DNA from: a virus
Lineage: Duplodnaviria; Caudoviricetes
Strand: one strand, 5' to 3'
Length of the DNA: 53,318 bases
IMG/VR virus record: IMGVR_UViG_3300006803_000024
Span: 1 to 53,318 of that record
In this document: piece after piece, positions 20,025 through 31,235 of the stretch
Position numbering within the stretch: position 1 is the stretch's first letter
How the letters are laid out: every line of letters starts with the position of its first letter
Position numbers and translations under genes: made by a program
The notes under the pieces: generated by a model
What the model was told of the DNA's origin: nothing
The model's input: the letters and a program-made list of their open reading frames with translations, nothing else
Database searches by the model: none

Positions 20025-23000
20025 ATGGCCAACGAATACACTCCCGTTTTTGATCAAGAAATGGCCCGCAAGATGGTTGTGGCCGCAAACGAGGGGAATG
20101 AGCTGGCAAACACTGAGTTTGCACAAGACATTCAGACTGCTCCTTACGGATACCTCGTCAATAAGTACGGACAGGAAGTAGCTGACAATCGTCGGCTTTA
20201 TACCCAAGAACGTGCAGCCGTTGCACAGATCGAGAACGCTGATCGAAGCAATGCACAGGTTGTGGGAGACACTGGTCTCGCTGTTGCTTCTGGTCTCGTC
20301 AACGCTGTTGGTTCTCTTGGTTCGCTGACATTGGCTGCTGCTGGTGAAACTGACCAATACTTCGACGAAGAGAATGATGGATTCTCCCGTGCAGGTGTTT
20401 GGGCCTCTGAGAAGACACAGCAAGCAACTCAGTGGATCAAGAGCTTCCAGTCTGATGAGCTTCAGGATCGTCAGGGTCTGTCTGGTGTTGAGCGTCAACT
20501 GGATGCTCAAGATAACCTCGATCAATTCAACCGTGAAACCAACAATGGTGAGGATGCTTCCTTCATCGACGATTTGACATGGGTTGGTCGTGGTACTTTG
20601 AATAACCTTGGTCGGGTTGGATCTAATGCTGCTATCGCAGGTGATGTGATTGCTGAGGGTCTTGGTTCATTGGGACCAAGTGCCAAACTGGCTTCGGTCG
20701 CTTCGGGCCTTGTGACACGCACTGCAACGTACAACGCTGCAAAGATCGCAAATGCCATTGCTCCCACACAGGGAACGAAGTTCCTTGCTATGGGTGCTGA
20801 GGGTGTGAACCGTGCTGCAATCGCTTCTGCTGTTGGTGTTTCTGAGGCTGCTGGAGTCTATTCTCAGACTGTCAACGAAGTTCTGGGGATGAAGCATGGC
20901 GAGCTGATGGAGACATCTGAGGAATACGCCACGATGGTTGGTCAGGGTGTGGATCCTGATGATGCTAAGACAACTCTGGCTGCCAATGCCGGTATCGACG
21001 CTTTCAAGACATCTTTCCCGATGGCTGCCAGCTTGGGTATCATCGCTGGTAGATTTGAAGCCATGCCAATAAAATCCTTCCGTGGTTCAGGTTTCATCGG
21101 TGGACTGCGTCAAGTTGGTGCTCAAACTCTAGAAGAAGGTGGTCAGGGTGCCTCTGGCCAACTGGCAACGAACCTTGCCATTCGTGACACAGGTGTGGAT
21201 CCCAACCGTACTCCCGGAGAGGGTGTAGATGAGGCTCTGGCGACTGGTATGATCGCCGGTACAGGTATGGCTGGTGTACTCGCAGCTCCTTCTGCTCTCG
21301 GAGAAGCTCCTCGTAAAATCACTGAAACCACAAAAGCTGTTGTTAACTCACCTGCTATAAAAGGTGCAGTATCGGCTGTTGGCAGTGCTGTCACTGCTGG
21401 TGGGAGTGCTCTGGATGCTGCTGCTAAAAACCTTGAGAACAGCCCTCAAGCAATGGCAGCACTGAGAGGTGTTCGTGCTGCTGGAGCAAAAGTCACTGAA
21501 AAAGTAACTCCTGTTGCAGATGCTGTGGTTAATCAAGCAAAGGATTTCAACACTCGTCCTGATCGAGATGCTCAGTCAAAAACACTCGCAGCATTAAGTG
21601 AGATTACTGAGCTGTCTGTGGTAGAGTTGACTACAAAGATTGATGGGAACCAGTCAGATAAAGAGCTTAATCTTGAGTTGGCTCGCAAATCTGCTGTTCA
21701 ATCTATTGCACGCAACGAGGCTTCCGGTTCAGTTCCTTCAACATTCTCCAACACAACGACTGGTAACACTACACTGGCTCGTGTCGGTGGGATCATCTCC
21801 AAGCTGAGTGAGAAGGGTGTTCGCATCAACAAGATGAGCGATAGCGACGTTCTCTATGCCGCATCTGAGATACAAAACCTTCGCAGTTCGATTACAAACC
21901 TTCCCACTGCAATGCGGGCCAAGGTCAAGGACATCATTGCTTCTGAAGATTTCAAGAACATCCAGAAGCGTGTCACACGTATTGATCTGATGAAGACACA
22001 GGATGAAACCAAAGCAGTGACTGATGACATGGTCACAGAGACCAAACTGGTTGCTGCTGTGAACCCTGCCAACATCAATCCGGTGGTTGCTGGGAAGATT
22101 CTGGAACAGAATGATCGTACTGATGTGACTCCACAGGACATCCAGAACCTGAAGACTGCCAAGCGTATCGGTGAGGCAATCACTTCTCGTTCTGAAGCCT
22201 ATGTCGAGGCACAGAAGAAGGAAGTGGTCGAGCTGTCTGTGAAGCCTGAGTATCGTGAGGGCAAGAAGCAGACCAAGCCGGTCGATCTGGTCGAGGCAAT
22301 CTCTCGCAATATCTTCCTTGGTTCAGGAGACACTCGTGCTCCGTCTGTGGGGCAGTTCGCTTCTCAAATCATGCAAGGTGCTCAGAACCCAGATGGGACT
22401 GTCGAGATCGACGGTATCCCAACTGATGTGAATGCTGTCACAGATCACTTCACGAACTTTGCACAGCATATGATCAACAAGGTCGATGCTCTCAACCGGT
22501 CGTTTGCAAACCGTGATGCCAATGGCAACGGTACTGCTGAGTCGTTTGACAACCTTGGCCCTAACCGGAAGATCCGTCCGGGGCGTACTGAGAATGGTGC
22601 TGTGCAAGGCAAGGCTGTCACCTATCAAGGTGCTTCTCCTGGTGGTATCCGCTTTGCTGATGAGATGTATGCTGACGCAGTGGCTGCTGTGGAGGTCTAC
22701 AATGCTCTGGTTGAAGCCTTCCCTGAGCGTTTCCCTGCTGGAGTGCTTAGTGTCCCAGATTTCGCTCCAAATGCGACACAAAGTCCTTTGAGTGACACAA
22801 GTGATCCACAAACTGATGTGGCTGAAGTCGAGACCGAAGCGGCCCCAACGGCTGTCGAAGAGGTTTCTGCGCCAGCAGAAACCGATGAGCAGGACGCAGA
22901 GGTCACTCCTCCTACTCTTGCCGAGATGATGGCTGCTGAAACTCGCACCAAAGATGACTTCAGTGCAATGAGCTATGAGGATCTGATCGAGTCTGCAAAC

Positions 23001-26000
23001 CGTTGGTTTGTGGAAGAAGAAGGTATGGGTCTGGAAGCAATGCCAGAAGCTCGTCAGACTGTGATCAAAGAGTACACTGACTCGATCATTGCCTACTTCA
23101 ATCTGCCTACAAACTTGGTCACTGGTATCACTTGGCTCCGTACTCCGGATGCTGGTCACATGGGTCAAGCCATGTGGGGTGAGCGTCTGATTGCAATGCG
23201 TGCCGGGGCTGTTCGTTCTCTCCTTGGCCCCAATGATACTGAGGGTTTCCGCACTGCTGAACACACAGTCTTCCATGAGCTGATGCACATCATTGATGCG
23301 TATGCCTCGAACGATGTCACTCGCCCTGTATCTCACAGCTCCAAGCTGTTTGATACGATCACAGGTGAAGAGGGTGCCATCTACAAAGAGGTGGTTGCTG
23401 CTGTCGATTCTGATCCAGAGATGAAGACACACTTCGACTATGCTCTGTCGTACAACAACATCGACACACTGGATGCCTTGGCCTCTGAGATCTTTGCTGA
23501 GATTGGTGCACTCTATCTGAGGAACACTGATCTGGCTCGTGAAAAATTCCCTGAAGGAGTGAAATATGTCGAAAACATCATCGAACAAGCAGGAGGCACA
23601 ATCGTCGGTGAAGCCACCGATGGAAGTGCCACACAAGAGTCCAGTGGTGAAGAAAACGTTTCCACCAAAACGTCCGTGGCAGACAAAACCTTTGACAACG
23701 TCAGTCCCCAGTTCAACGAATCCTTCCTGAAACGGAAGGGTGAGTTCTCCTACGCTGATGGTGATGGGATCCTGGCCATGGTTGAAGCTCAACCAGGGAC
23801 TAAAAATTATGTCGAGTTTGTCCGTCTGTACAAAGACCGGGTCATCGCTGAAGCCAACAATCGTCTGGCCACACTGAAGGTGAACAAGTCCAAGAAGGAC
23901 GAGCTGCCTATCAAGGACCGGATCATTGCTGGTGACGAAGAGGTGGGCCTCTACCGTCGGAACAAGAACACGATCGCTGTTGACCGTACCACAGGTGAAT
24001 ACGATCCAGATCTCCTGTCGATCGCTGCTGTTGCAGTTCTCGATTGGCTCACTGGTGCTCGCTCTCAGAACATCAAGAACCTGGATGAGACCCTGGAAGA
24101 CATGAACCTGACCTATGACATGGTCACAGATGATCAGATCAACACGATCATGAATGGGATCAACCCTCGTGATGCTGCTGAGACCCTGGCCAAGGACATC
24201 GTCCGTATGTGGGGTCTCCGTATCAATCCGGCTGCTCCTATGGTTGATGCCCGTGGTGCTGCTGAAGGTATGGCTAAAGAGCTGCTGGAAGCTCTCCTCA
24301 CAGTGAGTGAGCAAGAAGTGGCTGCCAACCGTCAGGCTCTGATCGGTCGTAAGATCGTTCCGTATGTGGACCCAGAGAATGCTGAGGCACAGCGTCAAGA
24401 GATGATTGCCAAAGCAGAAGCTGATGAGATTGATCCAAACACAGTGATCTTCAAAGTGAAGCCTGTTGATCAGATCATCTTCGATACGTCTGTCATGCGT
24501 GAATTCCAGCAAGCCATTGGTTTGACTGGACAAGAAGCGTCTAAGAAGATGCTGGCTCCTGAGCTGGATACCATGCCTTCGATCGGTGCTCCTGCACGGT
24601 CGATCGACAACACCCAGTCTCGTGGTGATGTGAAGCTCTCTCGTCGTGAGAAGAAGACGCTTGAGCGTATGCAGAACCAAGGTCATGGACTGAACGTTGA
24701 GTTCTCTGGGATGGTCGATGTGGTTGGTCAGGAAGTTCTGGCCAAGTTCCTCGGTGAGAAGGACTTCAGCGAATTGAGTGATCGTCATCCAGTGCGTGCG
24801 TCGATCGCTGGTAAGAACCTGTCGATCGAGCGTGACTTCCAAGAAGCCATGAGTGTGATCAATGGTGTGAAGAATGCTGGGTTCACCGTGAATGGTGGAC
24901 TGCCACAGGTATTCTACCGTGTGGGCATCTCTCGTGTTGGTCGTCACCAGTTCAAAGGGATCAACCCTCAGAACAACAAGATCCTTCGTGCTCTTGTGAC
25001 ACCAACTAAGTCTTTGTTGAACATGGATAAAAAGCGTCACAAGGATGCTTTCTGGCTGACAGTTGCTCAGGCTGCTGACATCTCTGGTTTCAACAAAGTG
25101 GAAAACCAACATCACAAGTATCTGTTGGAGAATATCCAACGTGAATTCTACGCCAAGTATGGCGAAGCTGTTGAAATGATTGGTGAACATCTGGAAGGTA
25201 GAGATCTCGATGGTGCTGCTCTGGTGGAAGCCATGGGTGGAACCGGTGAGATGCAGCAATTGGCTGCTGTCTTTGCCGTGGCTCAACTGGAGAAGGCTCT
25301 TCTGGATGGTACACAAGGTGCTTTCGAGACCACTCTCTCTTTCGAGCTGGATGGTAAGACCGATGGTCCCGGCAACATGATGGCTAACTTCGGACAGGGT
25401 ATCCTGACCGAACAGGACTTCATGAACTTCAAGCGTGTTGGTTTCTTCCTCGGAACCAAGAACATGACTCTGAACAAGTTCTTCGGAAATGGCACTGAGC
25501 GTGACCTCTATGAGGTGACATCGCTCAAGGGTCAGATGGCTCTGCACAATGCAATCTCGAATGGGAAATTCTCTGACAAGGCCAAGTTCCATGCCATTGC
25601 AAATCTGGCTTCTGCCTTTGGTGATCTGAAGATCGAGAATGGGCAGTTTGTCCTCACTCGTAATGCCTCGAAGAACCCGATGACCAAGACGGTCTACGGC
25701 TCTTCTGAGCGTGGTATCGGTGTGGGTCTGGCTCAGGACATGATGCTCAAGATGTACCAAGCCCTGATCGACAATCCTGATGGGATCGTGGATTACCCCG
25801 GTGGCAAGGAAGGCTTTGAAGCTGATTTCTCTACGGCTTTCGGGATGAAGTTCCCCACAGGCCGTAACTGGAAGAAGGACTATCTGGGCCAGAATGAAGT
25901 GGACAACTTCACGAAGGCTGTGACCCAGACTCTGGGCAAGGTTCTCTCTGACACTGCCAAGGAAGTCATCGGTGATGAGATCACGAAGGTGAATGACACC

Positions 26001-29000
26001 TTGGTTCTGATGACTGCTTTCCAGACAGAATTCCTGACTGCGAAGTTCCGGGAACTGCTGGATGCCAAGGTTGCAGAGCGTGTCGCTGATGGTTCGATCA
26101 AGGTGAATGAGCGGACAGGTGTTCCTGATCGTTCATCCCTGACACAGGCTGACTATGATGCTGTGGTGGCTCAGATCCGTGCGTACAGCCCGACGTATGC
26201 CAACGGTATGCAGACGCTCGACATCGGCTCTCTGGGTGCCACAAACAGCGGTATCCGTCTGTCTGAGTCCATGACTGGCACTTTCCAGGCTCCATCGACG
26301 ATGGTGTCTCCTGAGCTGGCCGGAGTGAAAGTCATCCCGTACATCACACAGGGTCGTGGTGATGCCATGATGATGAACTGGATCTACGGTGGGGAGACTG
26401 CTCCGGAGAATACCCTTCAGGTGTTTGATGGTATCGACATGCCTATCGACAAGATCTTTGAATACGCTCAACAGATCAACTCTGCTGTTCTCCAGAACTG
26501 GGAAGCAGATGTGATCGGTGACATCGTGAATGATGTGACAGGCTTCCTTGAGAAGACTACCAATGATGGGGATCTACTACTGAATGCTTGGACTCGTGCA
26601 TTTGAGAGTGCTCAGAAGAAAAAGACCACAGCAACTGCAAAGACTCCTCAAGCGCTGATCGGTGATGTGAACGAGATGCAGCGTCGGAACCAAGCTCGTA
26701 AGGCTGTCTTCAAGCGAATTGGAGTCTCTGTCGATCACATGGGTGGTTCGGACACAGCCTTCACACAAGGGCCGGATGGTCGTGATTACACACTGGGTGA
26801 GATCAACGACATGATCCGTAAGGAATTGGGGGAACGTGCTCTTCAGAACCAGAACGATCAGACTGTGGACCCTGATGGGTCCATCGACGGTGAATTCACT
26901 GAGATCAATCTGGATGCTTTCCAGATCGAAGATCAACGTGCTCCTGTTGAAGGTGAGTTCTCCAAGCTGGTGGTCACTGATGCTGCAACAGTTATGGACA
27001 GTCTGCTCCGTGAAACTCGGAACAAGCCTGTGGCTGCTGCTGTTCGGATCCTCCAGAAGGCAAACCTCCAGACTCGTATCGTCATTGGTTCTCCTGAAGA
27101 GGTGAGCCAGTGGTACTCGGACAACATCGGTGAGATGGACGGTGGCCTGAAGCAGGACAAGAAGGGTATTTATGACCCGGTGAACGATGTCATGCTGATC
27201 ACTGACAACAACCATGAGACCATGGTTCATGAGCTGATCCATGCTGCGACGTTCAAGATCGTTGAAGCGTTCTACAATGGAGATCAAACCCACAAGGATA
27301 CGATTGGTCGTCTGGAAGTGCTGAACCAAGAATTCCTCGACATGGACTTCAGCAATGCACCTCAGTCGGTGCAGGACAGTGCCAACAGTGCAAAGTCTCA
27401 GATCCTATCTCTTCAAGTAGAAGACACAGCTTTCTCGAAGGCTGCTGCTCTGAATGAGATGATGGCATGGACCCTCAGCAATGAAGGTCTGATGAAGGAA
27501 CTGGGTCAGAAGCAGACAAGCCTGATGGCTCGCATGACCAAGGTTCTGAAGGCTCTCATGCAGCGTCTGCTGGGTGGGGTGAAGTCAGATATGCTGTCTA
27601 ACATCCAATTCAACACCGAGTTGTTGATCATTCCATCGGAGACTCTGGCTCTGCCAGCTCCTGTGGAAGACACGCTAGATGAGCTGACACCCGGTGCTCA
27701 GAAGATGACGAACTTCTGGATCGACTTGGCCGAGCAACGTCTTGATGAAGCTGTGAAATCCACTGGTCGTGTGTCCGAAAAAGTGACACAAATTTCGGAC
27801 TACCGGAAGAACGCACAGAGTGCGATTGATACTCTGACCTTCGGTGGGTTCACTCTCTCTGCATACCAGCGTGAGACGTTCAAAGCGATCCACATGGTTC
27901 TGGCCATGGAGATGCGTCTGAACCCTCAGAGTGCTGCTGCGTTGAACGATATGTTCAAGCATGTGACAGACAACCTGACACCTGCTATGTTCGGCCCCAC
28001 AAATGAACAGGACCGTTATTCTGCGGTCATGGAAATCTTCGGAGAAACCAAAAATGATGAAGGTGTATCAGATGCAATTGCTGTTCTTCTGGCTCTCAGC
28101 CAAACGTCCCGTGGTTTCCGTGCTGCAATTGATCAGCTTTCTGTGCCGGAATCCATCCAAGGCATCAGCAATGATTCTGTCAATGACTTCCTCAGTTCAC
28201 TGACAGGGATGCTGCTGAACAAGGCAATCGGTTCGATTGACCTGAATGGACAGTCTGTCTCTGAAACTCTGGACCAACTGTCAGAGTCGATCCTTCTGGA
28301 AGCCTCAGAGAAAGAGTTCCGGATCCTCAGTGGTTTGATGAATAACATCAACAAAGCTGATGACTGGGGCAAAGGTGCTTTCAAGAAGTTGGCAGGTTTC
28401 ACTGAAGCAGTGAACGATGAGCTGCGTGCATCAAACCGCTCTCAGCTCACCAAACTGACCTTCGGTGCAGTCACGGCTGCCACTGCTTTCATGGATCAGG
28501 AGCGTGCTGACATTCAGGCTCAGGCTCTGAAGCGTGTGACACACATGGGGACCAATCTGGACTTTGCTGTGTTTGCTCGTGAGTTCGTTGCAGAGGTCAT
28601 CGGTACGGATCAAACCAATGCCAAGATCACTTCGATGCTGGATGAGGTGACATTCAATGCTTCGGCTGTTCGTCAGAACTACCGGGAAGATCTGCCGGTG
28701 ATGTTCCAGAACGAATTCGAGAACCACCCTGATGCAGCCCAATGGCGTGCAGCTCACAAGGTATTGGGGAAGACTGATTTTGCTATGGTCTATGACCAAG
28801 ATCGTCCCAACACATCCTTCGAATACTTCAAGGATGAGAACCTGATCGACGATGAGATCTTGGTTCATGAGGCTGCAATCCGTGCAAACTTCAGTGCTCC
28901 GATTGCCAATGTCATTCTGGAGAAGAGCCAACAACTGGCTGACTTCATGAATGGCAAAGGTCCGGGACACCAACTGTGGCGGAATGCTCATGCAATCAAC

Positions 29001-31010
29001 ACTCTGGCTGGTGAGTTCAAGCCTCCGATGACTGAGGAGATTGATCGTCTGGTTTCCTTCTATGCCATGAAGGGATCGGATCCTCAGATGCGTCAAGAGA
29101 TTGCTCGCATGTATGAGAATGATCCTGTGGCAATGCAGAACCTCGCTGTCTACATGAGAGCATTGAACAAGGAAGAAGACTCAAAAGTCGTTTCAGAAGA
29201 AGCACTTATGAATGGTTTCAAAGGTTATGTCCCAGATCTGGGTCAGCCGGGAACCAAGATGATCATCGCCAAAGACGAAGACAAACGCGACCTTGAGAAG
29301 AAAGGGTACAAGCGTGTTGCTGATGCTTGGGCTGATGATGGGTTTTCTTCTGTGAACCGTGGGTACTACATCACTTCGACCAAACAGACTGGCACCTACT
29401 CCCAGGGGGTGATGCAGATTATTCAGGACACATACCGGGGTGTGGATGCCACATCTGGTCTAAGTGTGAGCGGGATGACCTCTGGGGTTATCACGGGGGC
29501 TGCTGTGGTCTCTGTGACCAACTGGCTCAACAGCCTGACATCTGGTCTGGCTGACAACAAGGAAGCCTTCCTGCCTGTCTACTCGACGGATGGGGTGCTT
29601 CACTATGAGCGGTTCATCAACCCTGATCTTCTGGAGAAATACACAGCTCCGAAGAACAACCTCGCTCTGATGCTGGGTGCTTGGGCTGGTCGTCAGGTGG
29701 AAGAGAAGATTGCTCAGAAGTACAATGCTGCTCTGATCGACCAACTGAAAACCACATATGATGAGCGTGATGAGGGGGATGACAATCAGTTCATCAACCT
29801 GCCAGAGATGGCCAAAGCTCAGAAACTGTGGGATGAAGCCACTGTCGCTGAACGTCGGAACATGAAAAAGCCGGACCCTGTCTATGTGGAAAGCTGGAAG
29901 GTGATTTCACCTCAGACCAAGCGTTACATCGAAGAAGTGTTTGGCAAAGATACGTTCATGGTTCGCAAGGACCAGATGAACATCGCTCTAGGTTACCGTG
30001 ATCCATCGGTCATTGATCTGTGGACTGGGAACACTCGTGTACCTGATGGGATGCGTGAGGGCGTACAGGCGATCACTGGACTGGTAATGGGTGATGCAGC
30101 CATGAAGAACCTTGCCTTCGCTGAGAAGGGTGTTCAGGGGCTGGTATCCACTGCCAAGGATCTGATCGTGGTTCGTTCTCTGGTGGTTCCATACATGAAC
30201 ACCCAAGCAAACGTGGTACAGCTCTCCACTCGTGGTGTTCCTTTGAAGGAACAACTGAAGGGGTACAAGAACAAGTTGGCTGAGATTGAGAAGTTCAACC
30301 TCAACTCGAAAGAGCTAATGCGTCTGGATACTCGGATCCAATTGGCTGGAGCGGATACGAACAAGATCCGTATCCTTCAGAGCCAGAAGCAGGTGATCAT
30401 GGGTGAGAACGCTCGTATGAGTGTTGCCCCTCTGATCAAAGCTGGTGCCTACAAGAACATCTCTGAGGGACTCTCGGATATGGATGTGGAAATCACTGGT
30501 GGTCGTCTGGGGGATTGGGTTGAGAAGAAGATCGACAGCATTCCAAATGCTGGTGTCCGGACCATCGCTAAGTATGGGATCCTCTCGAAGGACACTGCCA
30601 TCTACAAGGGAGCCAATAAGGCTGTGCAGTATGGGGATTTCCTTGCAAAGGCGATCTACTACGATCACCTGATGTCAAAAGGTCTGAGCCACGATGATGC
30701 AATGAAATTGGTGAACGAAGAGTTCGTGAACTTCTCTGTTTTGCCGGGTCGTACTCGTCAGTATCTCGAAGGAGTTGGAGCAACTTGGTTCCTCGCATTC
30801 AAGATCCGGATCATGAAGATTGCCATGAACCAGATCCGTGAGAACCCAGCTCGCTCTCTGATCTTGGGTGCAACGATTGCTGATTACGGTTCACCACAGG
30901 CTGACAACCTTGCATCGGTCATTGTTGATGAGCGGATCGGCTATCCCCTGGGATGGGACATGCTGTTCAACTCACCAGGATTGAACCCATGGGTGAATTT
31001 GACTGAATAA
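20025..31010 (+). CDS. Virion-encapsidated RNA polymerase (N4 gp50-like vRNAP)
   Basis: 3661 aa; motif A FELDGKTDG, motif B RNASKNPMTKTVYG, motif C VFDG; no Cys seen on reading, a known trait of N4 vRNAP. Confidence 0.97.
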   Translation: MANEYTPVFDQEMARKMVVAANEGNELANTEFAQDIQTAPYGYLVNKYGQEVADNRRLYTQERAAVAQIENADRSNAQVVGDTGLAVASGLVNAVGSLGSLTLAAAGETDQYFDEENDGFSRAGVWASEKTQQATQWIKSFQSDELQDRQGLSGVERQLDAQDNLDQFNRETNNGEDASFIDDLTWVGRGTLNNLGRVGSNAAIAGDVIAEGLGSLGPSAKLASVASGLVTRTATYNAAKIANAIAPTQGTKFLAMGAEGVNRAAIASAVGVSEAAGVYSQTVNEVLGMKHGELMETSEEYATMVGQGVDPDDAKTTLAANAGIDAFKTSFPMAASLGIIAGRFEAMPIKSFRGSGFIGGLRQVGAQTLEEGGQGASGQLATNLAIRDTGVDPNRTPGEGVDEALATGMIAGTGMAGVLAAPSALGEAPRKITETTKAVVNSPAIKGAVSAVGSAVTAGGSALDAAAKNLENSPQAMAALRGVRAAGAKVTEKVTPVADAVVNQAKDFNTRPDRDAQSKTLAALSEITELSVVELTTKIDGNQSDKELNLELARKSAVQSIARNEASGSVPSTFSNTTTGNTTLARVGGIISKLSEKGVRINKMSDSDVLYAASEIQNLRSSITNLPTAMRAKVKDIIASEDFKNIQKRVTRIDLMKTQDETKAVTDDMVTETKLVAAVNPANINPVVAGKILEQNDRTDVTPQDIQNLKTAKRIGEAITSRSEAYVEAQKKEVVELSVKPEYREGKKQTKPVDLVEAISRNIFLGSGDTRAPSVGQFASQIMQGAQNPDGTVEIDGIPTDVNAVTDHFTNFAQHMINKVDALNRSFANRDANGNGTAESFDNLGPNRKIRPGRTENGAVQGKAVTYQGASPGGIRFADEMYADAVAAVEVYNALVEAFPERFPAGVLSVPDFAPNATQSPLSDTSDPQTDVAEVETEAAPTAVEEVSAPAETDEQDAEVTPPTLAEMMAAETRTKDDFSAMSYEDLIESANRWFVEEEGMGLEAMPEARQTVIKEYTDSIIAYFNLPTNLVTGITWLRTPDAGHMGQAMWGERLIAMRAGAVRSLLGPNDTEGFRTAEHTVFHELMHIIDAYASNDVTRPVSHSSKLFDTITGEEGAIYKEVVAAVDSDPEMKTHFDYALSYNNIDTLDALASEIFAEIGALYLRNTDLAREKFPEGVKYVENIIEQAGGTIVGEATDGSATQESSGEENVSTKTSVADKTFDNVSPQFNESFLKRKGEFSYADGDGILAMVEAQPGTKNYVEFVRLYKDRVIAEANNRLATLKVNKSKKDELPIKDRIIAGDEEVGLYRRNKNTIAVDRTTGEYDPDLLSIAAVAVLDWLTGARSQNIKNLDETLEDMNLTYDMVTDDQINTIMNGINPRDAAETLAKDIVRMWGLRINPAAPMVDARGAAEGMAKELLEALLTVSEQEVAANRQALIGRKIVPYVDPENAEAQRQEMIAKAEADEIDPNTVIFKVKPVDQIIFDTSVMREFQQAIGLTGQEASKKMLAPELDTMPSIGAPARSIDNTQSRGDVKLSRREKKTLERMQNQGHGLNVEFSGMVDVVGQEVLAKFLGEKDFSELSDRHPVRASIAGKNLSIERDFQEAMSVINGVKNAGFTVNGGLPQVFYRVGISRVGRHQFKGINPQNNKILRALVTPTKSLLNMDKKRHKDAFWLTVAQAADISGFNKVENQHHKYLLENIQREFYAKYGEAVEMIGEHLEGRDLDGAALVEAMGGTGEMQQLAAVFAVAQLEKALLDGTQGAFETTLSFELDGKTDGPGNMMANFGQGILTEQDFMNFKRVGFFLGTKNMTLNKFFGNGTERDLYEVTSLKGQMALHNAISNGKFSDKAKFHAIANLASAFGDLKIENGQFVLTRNASKNPMTKTVYGSSERGIGVGLAQDMMLKMYQALIDNPDGIVDYPGGKEGFEADFSTAFGMKFPTGRNWKKDYLGQNEVDNFTKAVTQTLGKVLSDTAKEVIGDEITKVNDTLVLMTAFQTEFLTAKFRELLDAKVAERVADGSIKVNERTGVPDRSSLTQADYDAVVAQIRAYSPTYANGMQTLDIGSLGATNSGIRLSESMTGTFQAPSTMVSPELAGVKVIPYITQGRGDAMMMNWIYGGETAPENTLQVFDGIDMPIDKIFEYAQQINSAVLQNWEADVIGDIVNDVTGFLEKTTNDGDLLLNAWTRAFESAQKKKTTATAKTPQALIGDVNEMQRRNQARKAVFKRIGVSVDHMGGSDTAFTQGPDGRDYTLGEINDMIRKELGERALQNQNDQTVDPDGSIDGEFTEINLDAFQIEDQRAPVEGEFSKLVVTDAATVMDSLLRETRNKPVAAAVRILQKANLQTRIVIGSPEEVSQWYSDNIGEMDGGLKQDKKGIYDPVNDVMLITDNNHETMVHELIHAATFKIVEAFYNGDQTHKDTIGRLEVLNQEFLDMDFSNAPQSVQDSANSAKSQILSLQVEDTAFSKAAALNEMMAWTLSNEGLMKELGQKQTSLMARMTKVLKALMQRLLGGVKSDMLSNIQFNTELLIIPSETLALPAPVEDTLDELTPGAQKMTNFWIDLAEQRLDEAVKSTGRVSEKVTQISDYRKNAQSAIDTLTFGGFTLSAYQRETFKAIHMVLAMEMRLNPQSAAALNDMFKHVTDNLTPAMFGPTNEQDRYSAVMEIFGETKNDEGVSDAIAVLLALSQTSRGFRAAIDQLSVPESIQGISNDSVNDFLSSLTGMLLNKAIGSIDLNGQSVSETLDQLSESILLEASEKEFRILSGLMNNINKADDWGKGAFKKLAGFTEAVNDELRASNRSQLTKLTFGAVTAATAFMDQERADIQAQALKRVTHMGTNLDFAVFAREFVAEVIGTDQTNAKITSMLDEVTFNASAVRQNYREDLPVMFQNEFENHPDAAQWRAAHKVLGKTDFAMVYDQDRPNTSFEYFKDENLIDDEILVHEAAIRANFSAPIANVILEKSQQLADFMNGKGPGHQLWRNAHAINTLAGEFKPPMTEEIDRLVSFYAMKGSDPQMRQEIARMYENDPVAMQNLAVYMRALNKEEDSKVVSEEALMNGFKGYVPDLGQPGTKMIIAKDEDKRDLEKKGYKRVADAWADDGFSSVNRGYYITSTKQTGTYSQGVMQIIQDTYRGVDATSGLSVSGMTSGVITGAAVVSVTNWLNSLTSGLADNKEAFLPVYSTDGVLHYERFINPDLLEKYTAPKNNLALMLGAWAGRQVEEKIAQKYNAALIDQLKTTYDERDEGDDNQFINLPEMAKAQKLWDEATVAERRNMKKPDPVYVESWKVISPQTKRYIEEVFGKDTFMVRKDQMNIALGYRDPSVIDLWTGNTRVPDGMREGVQAITGLVMGDAAMKNLAFAEKGVQGLVSTAKDLIVVRSLVVPYMNTQANVVQLSTRGVPLKEQLKGYKNKLAEIEKFNLNSKELMRLDTRIQLAGADTNKIRILQSQKQVIMGENARMSVAPLIKAGAYKNISEGLSDMDVEITGGRLGDWVEKKIDSIPNAGVRTIAKYGILSKDTAIYKGANKAVQYGDFLAKAIYYDHLMSKGLSHDDAMKLVNEEFVNFSVLPGRTRQYLEGVGATWFLAFKIRIMKIAMNQIRENPARSLILGATIADYGSPQADNLASVIVDERIGYPLGWDMLFNSPGLNPWVNLTE

Positions 31011-31046
31011 AAAAAGACCCCTCCGGAGCTGTCCGGAGGGGTCTTG
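31008..31046. terminator. Bidirectional terminator between the convergent late and middle blocks
   Basis: AAAAAAAGACCCCTCCGGA-GCTG-TCCGGAGGGGTCTT. Confidence 0.85.
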
Positions 31047-31052
31047 ATTGTG

Positions 31053-31235
31053 TCAGTCTGGAGCGTCTTTCTCGAAGTCCTTGGTGATGAACCATACTCC
31101 CCACAACCCCGTGAAAATCATGAGAAGAGGCATCAGTACAGCAAGGATTGCTCCGAGAATTATGCCCGCTACCATTATGGTGACTGACAACAAACCAAAG
31201 AGAAGGGTTAGGCCGATGGCCTTCCACCTACTCAT
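31053..31235 (-). CDS. Small membrane protein (60 aa)
   Basis: Two hydrophobic helices; ATGA overlap with the upstream gene. Confidence 0.6.
   Translation of the reverse strand: MSRWKAIGLTLLFGLLSVTIMVAGIILGAILAVLMPLLMIFTGLWGVWFITKDFEKDAPD

Noticed and set aside
22323-25760. 1145-aa ORF antisense to the vRNAP
   Set aside because: Its translation has no recognisable motif and is the typical antisense shadow of a strongly codon-biased gene that avoids TTA/CTA/TCA.
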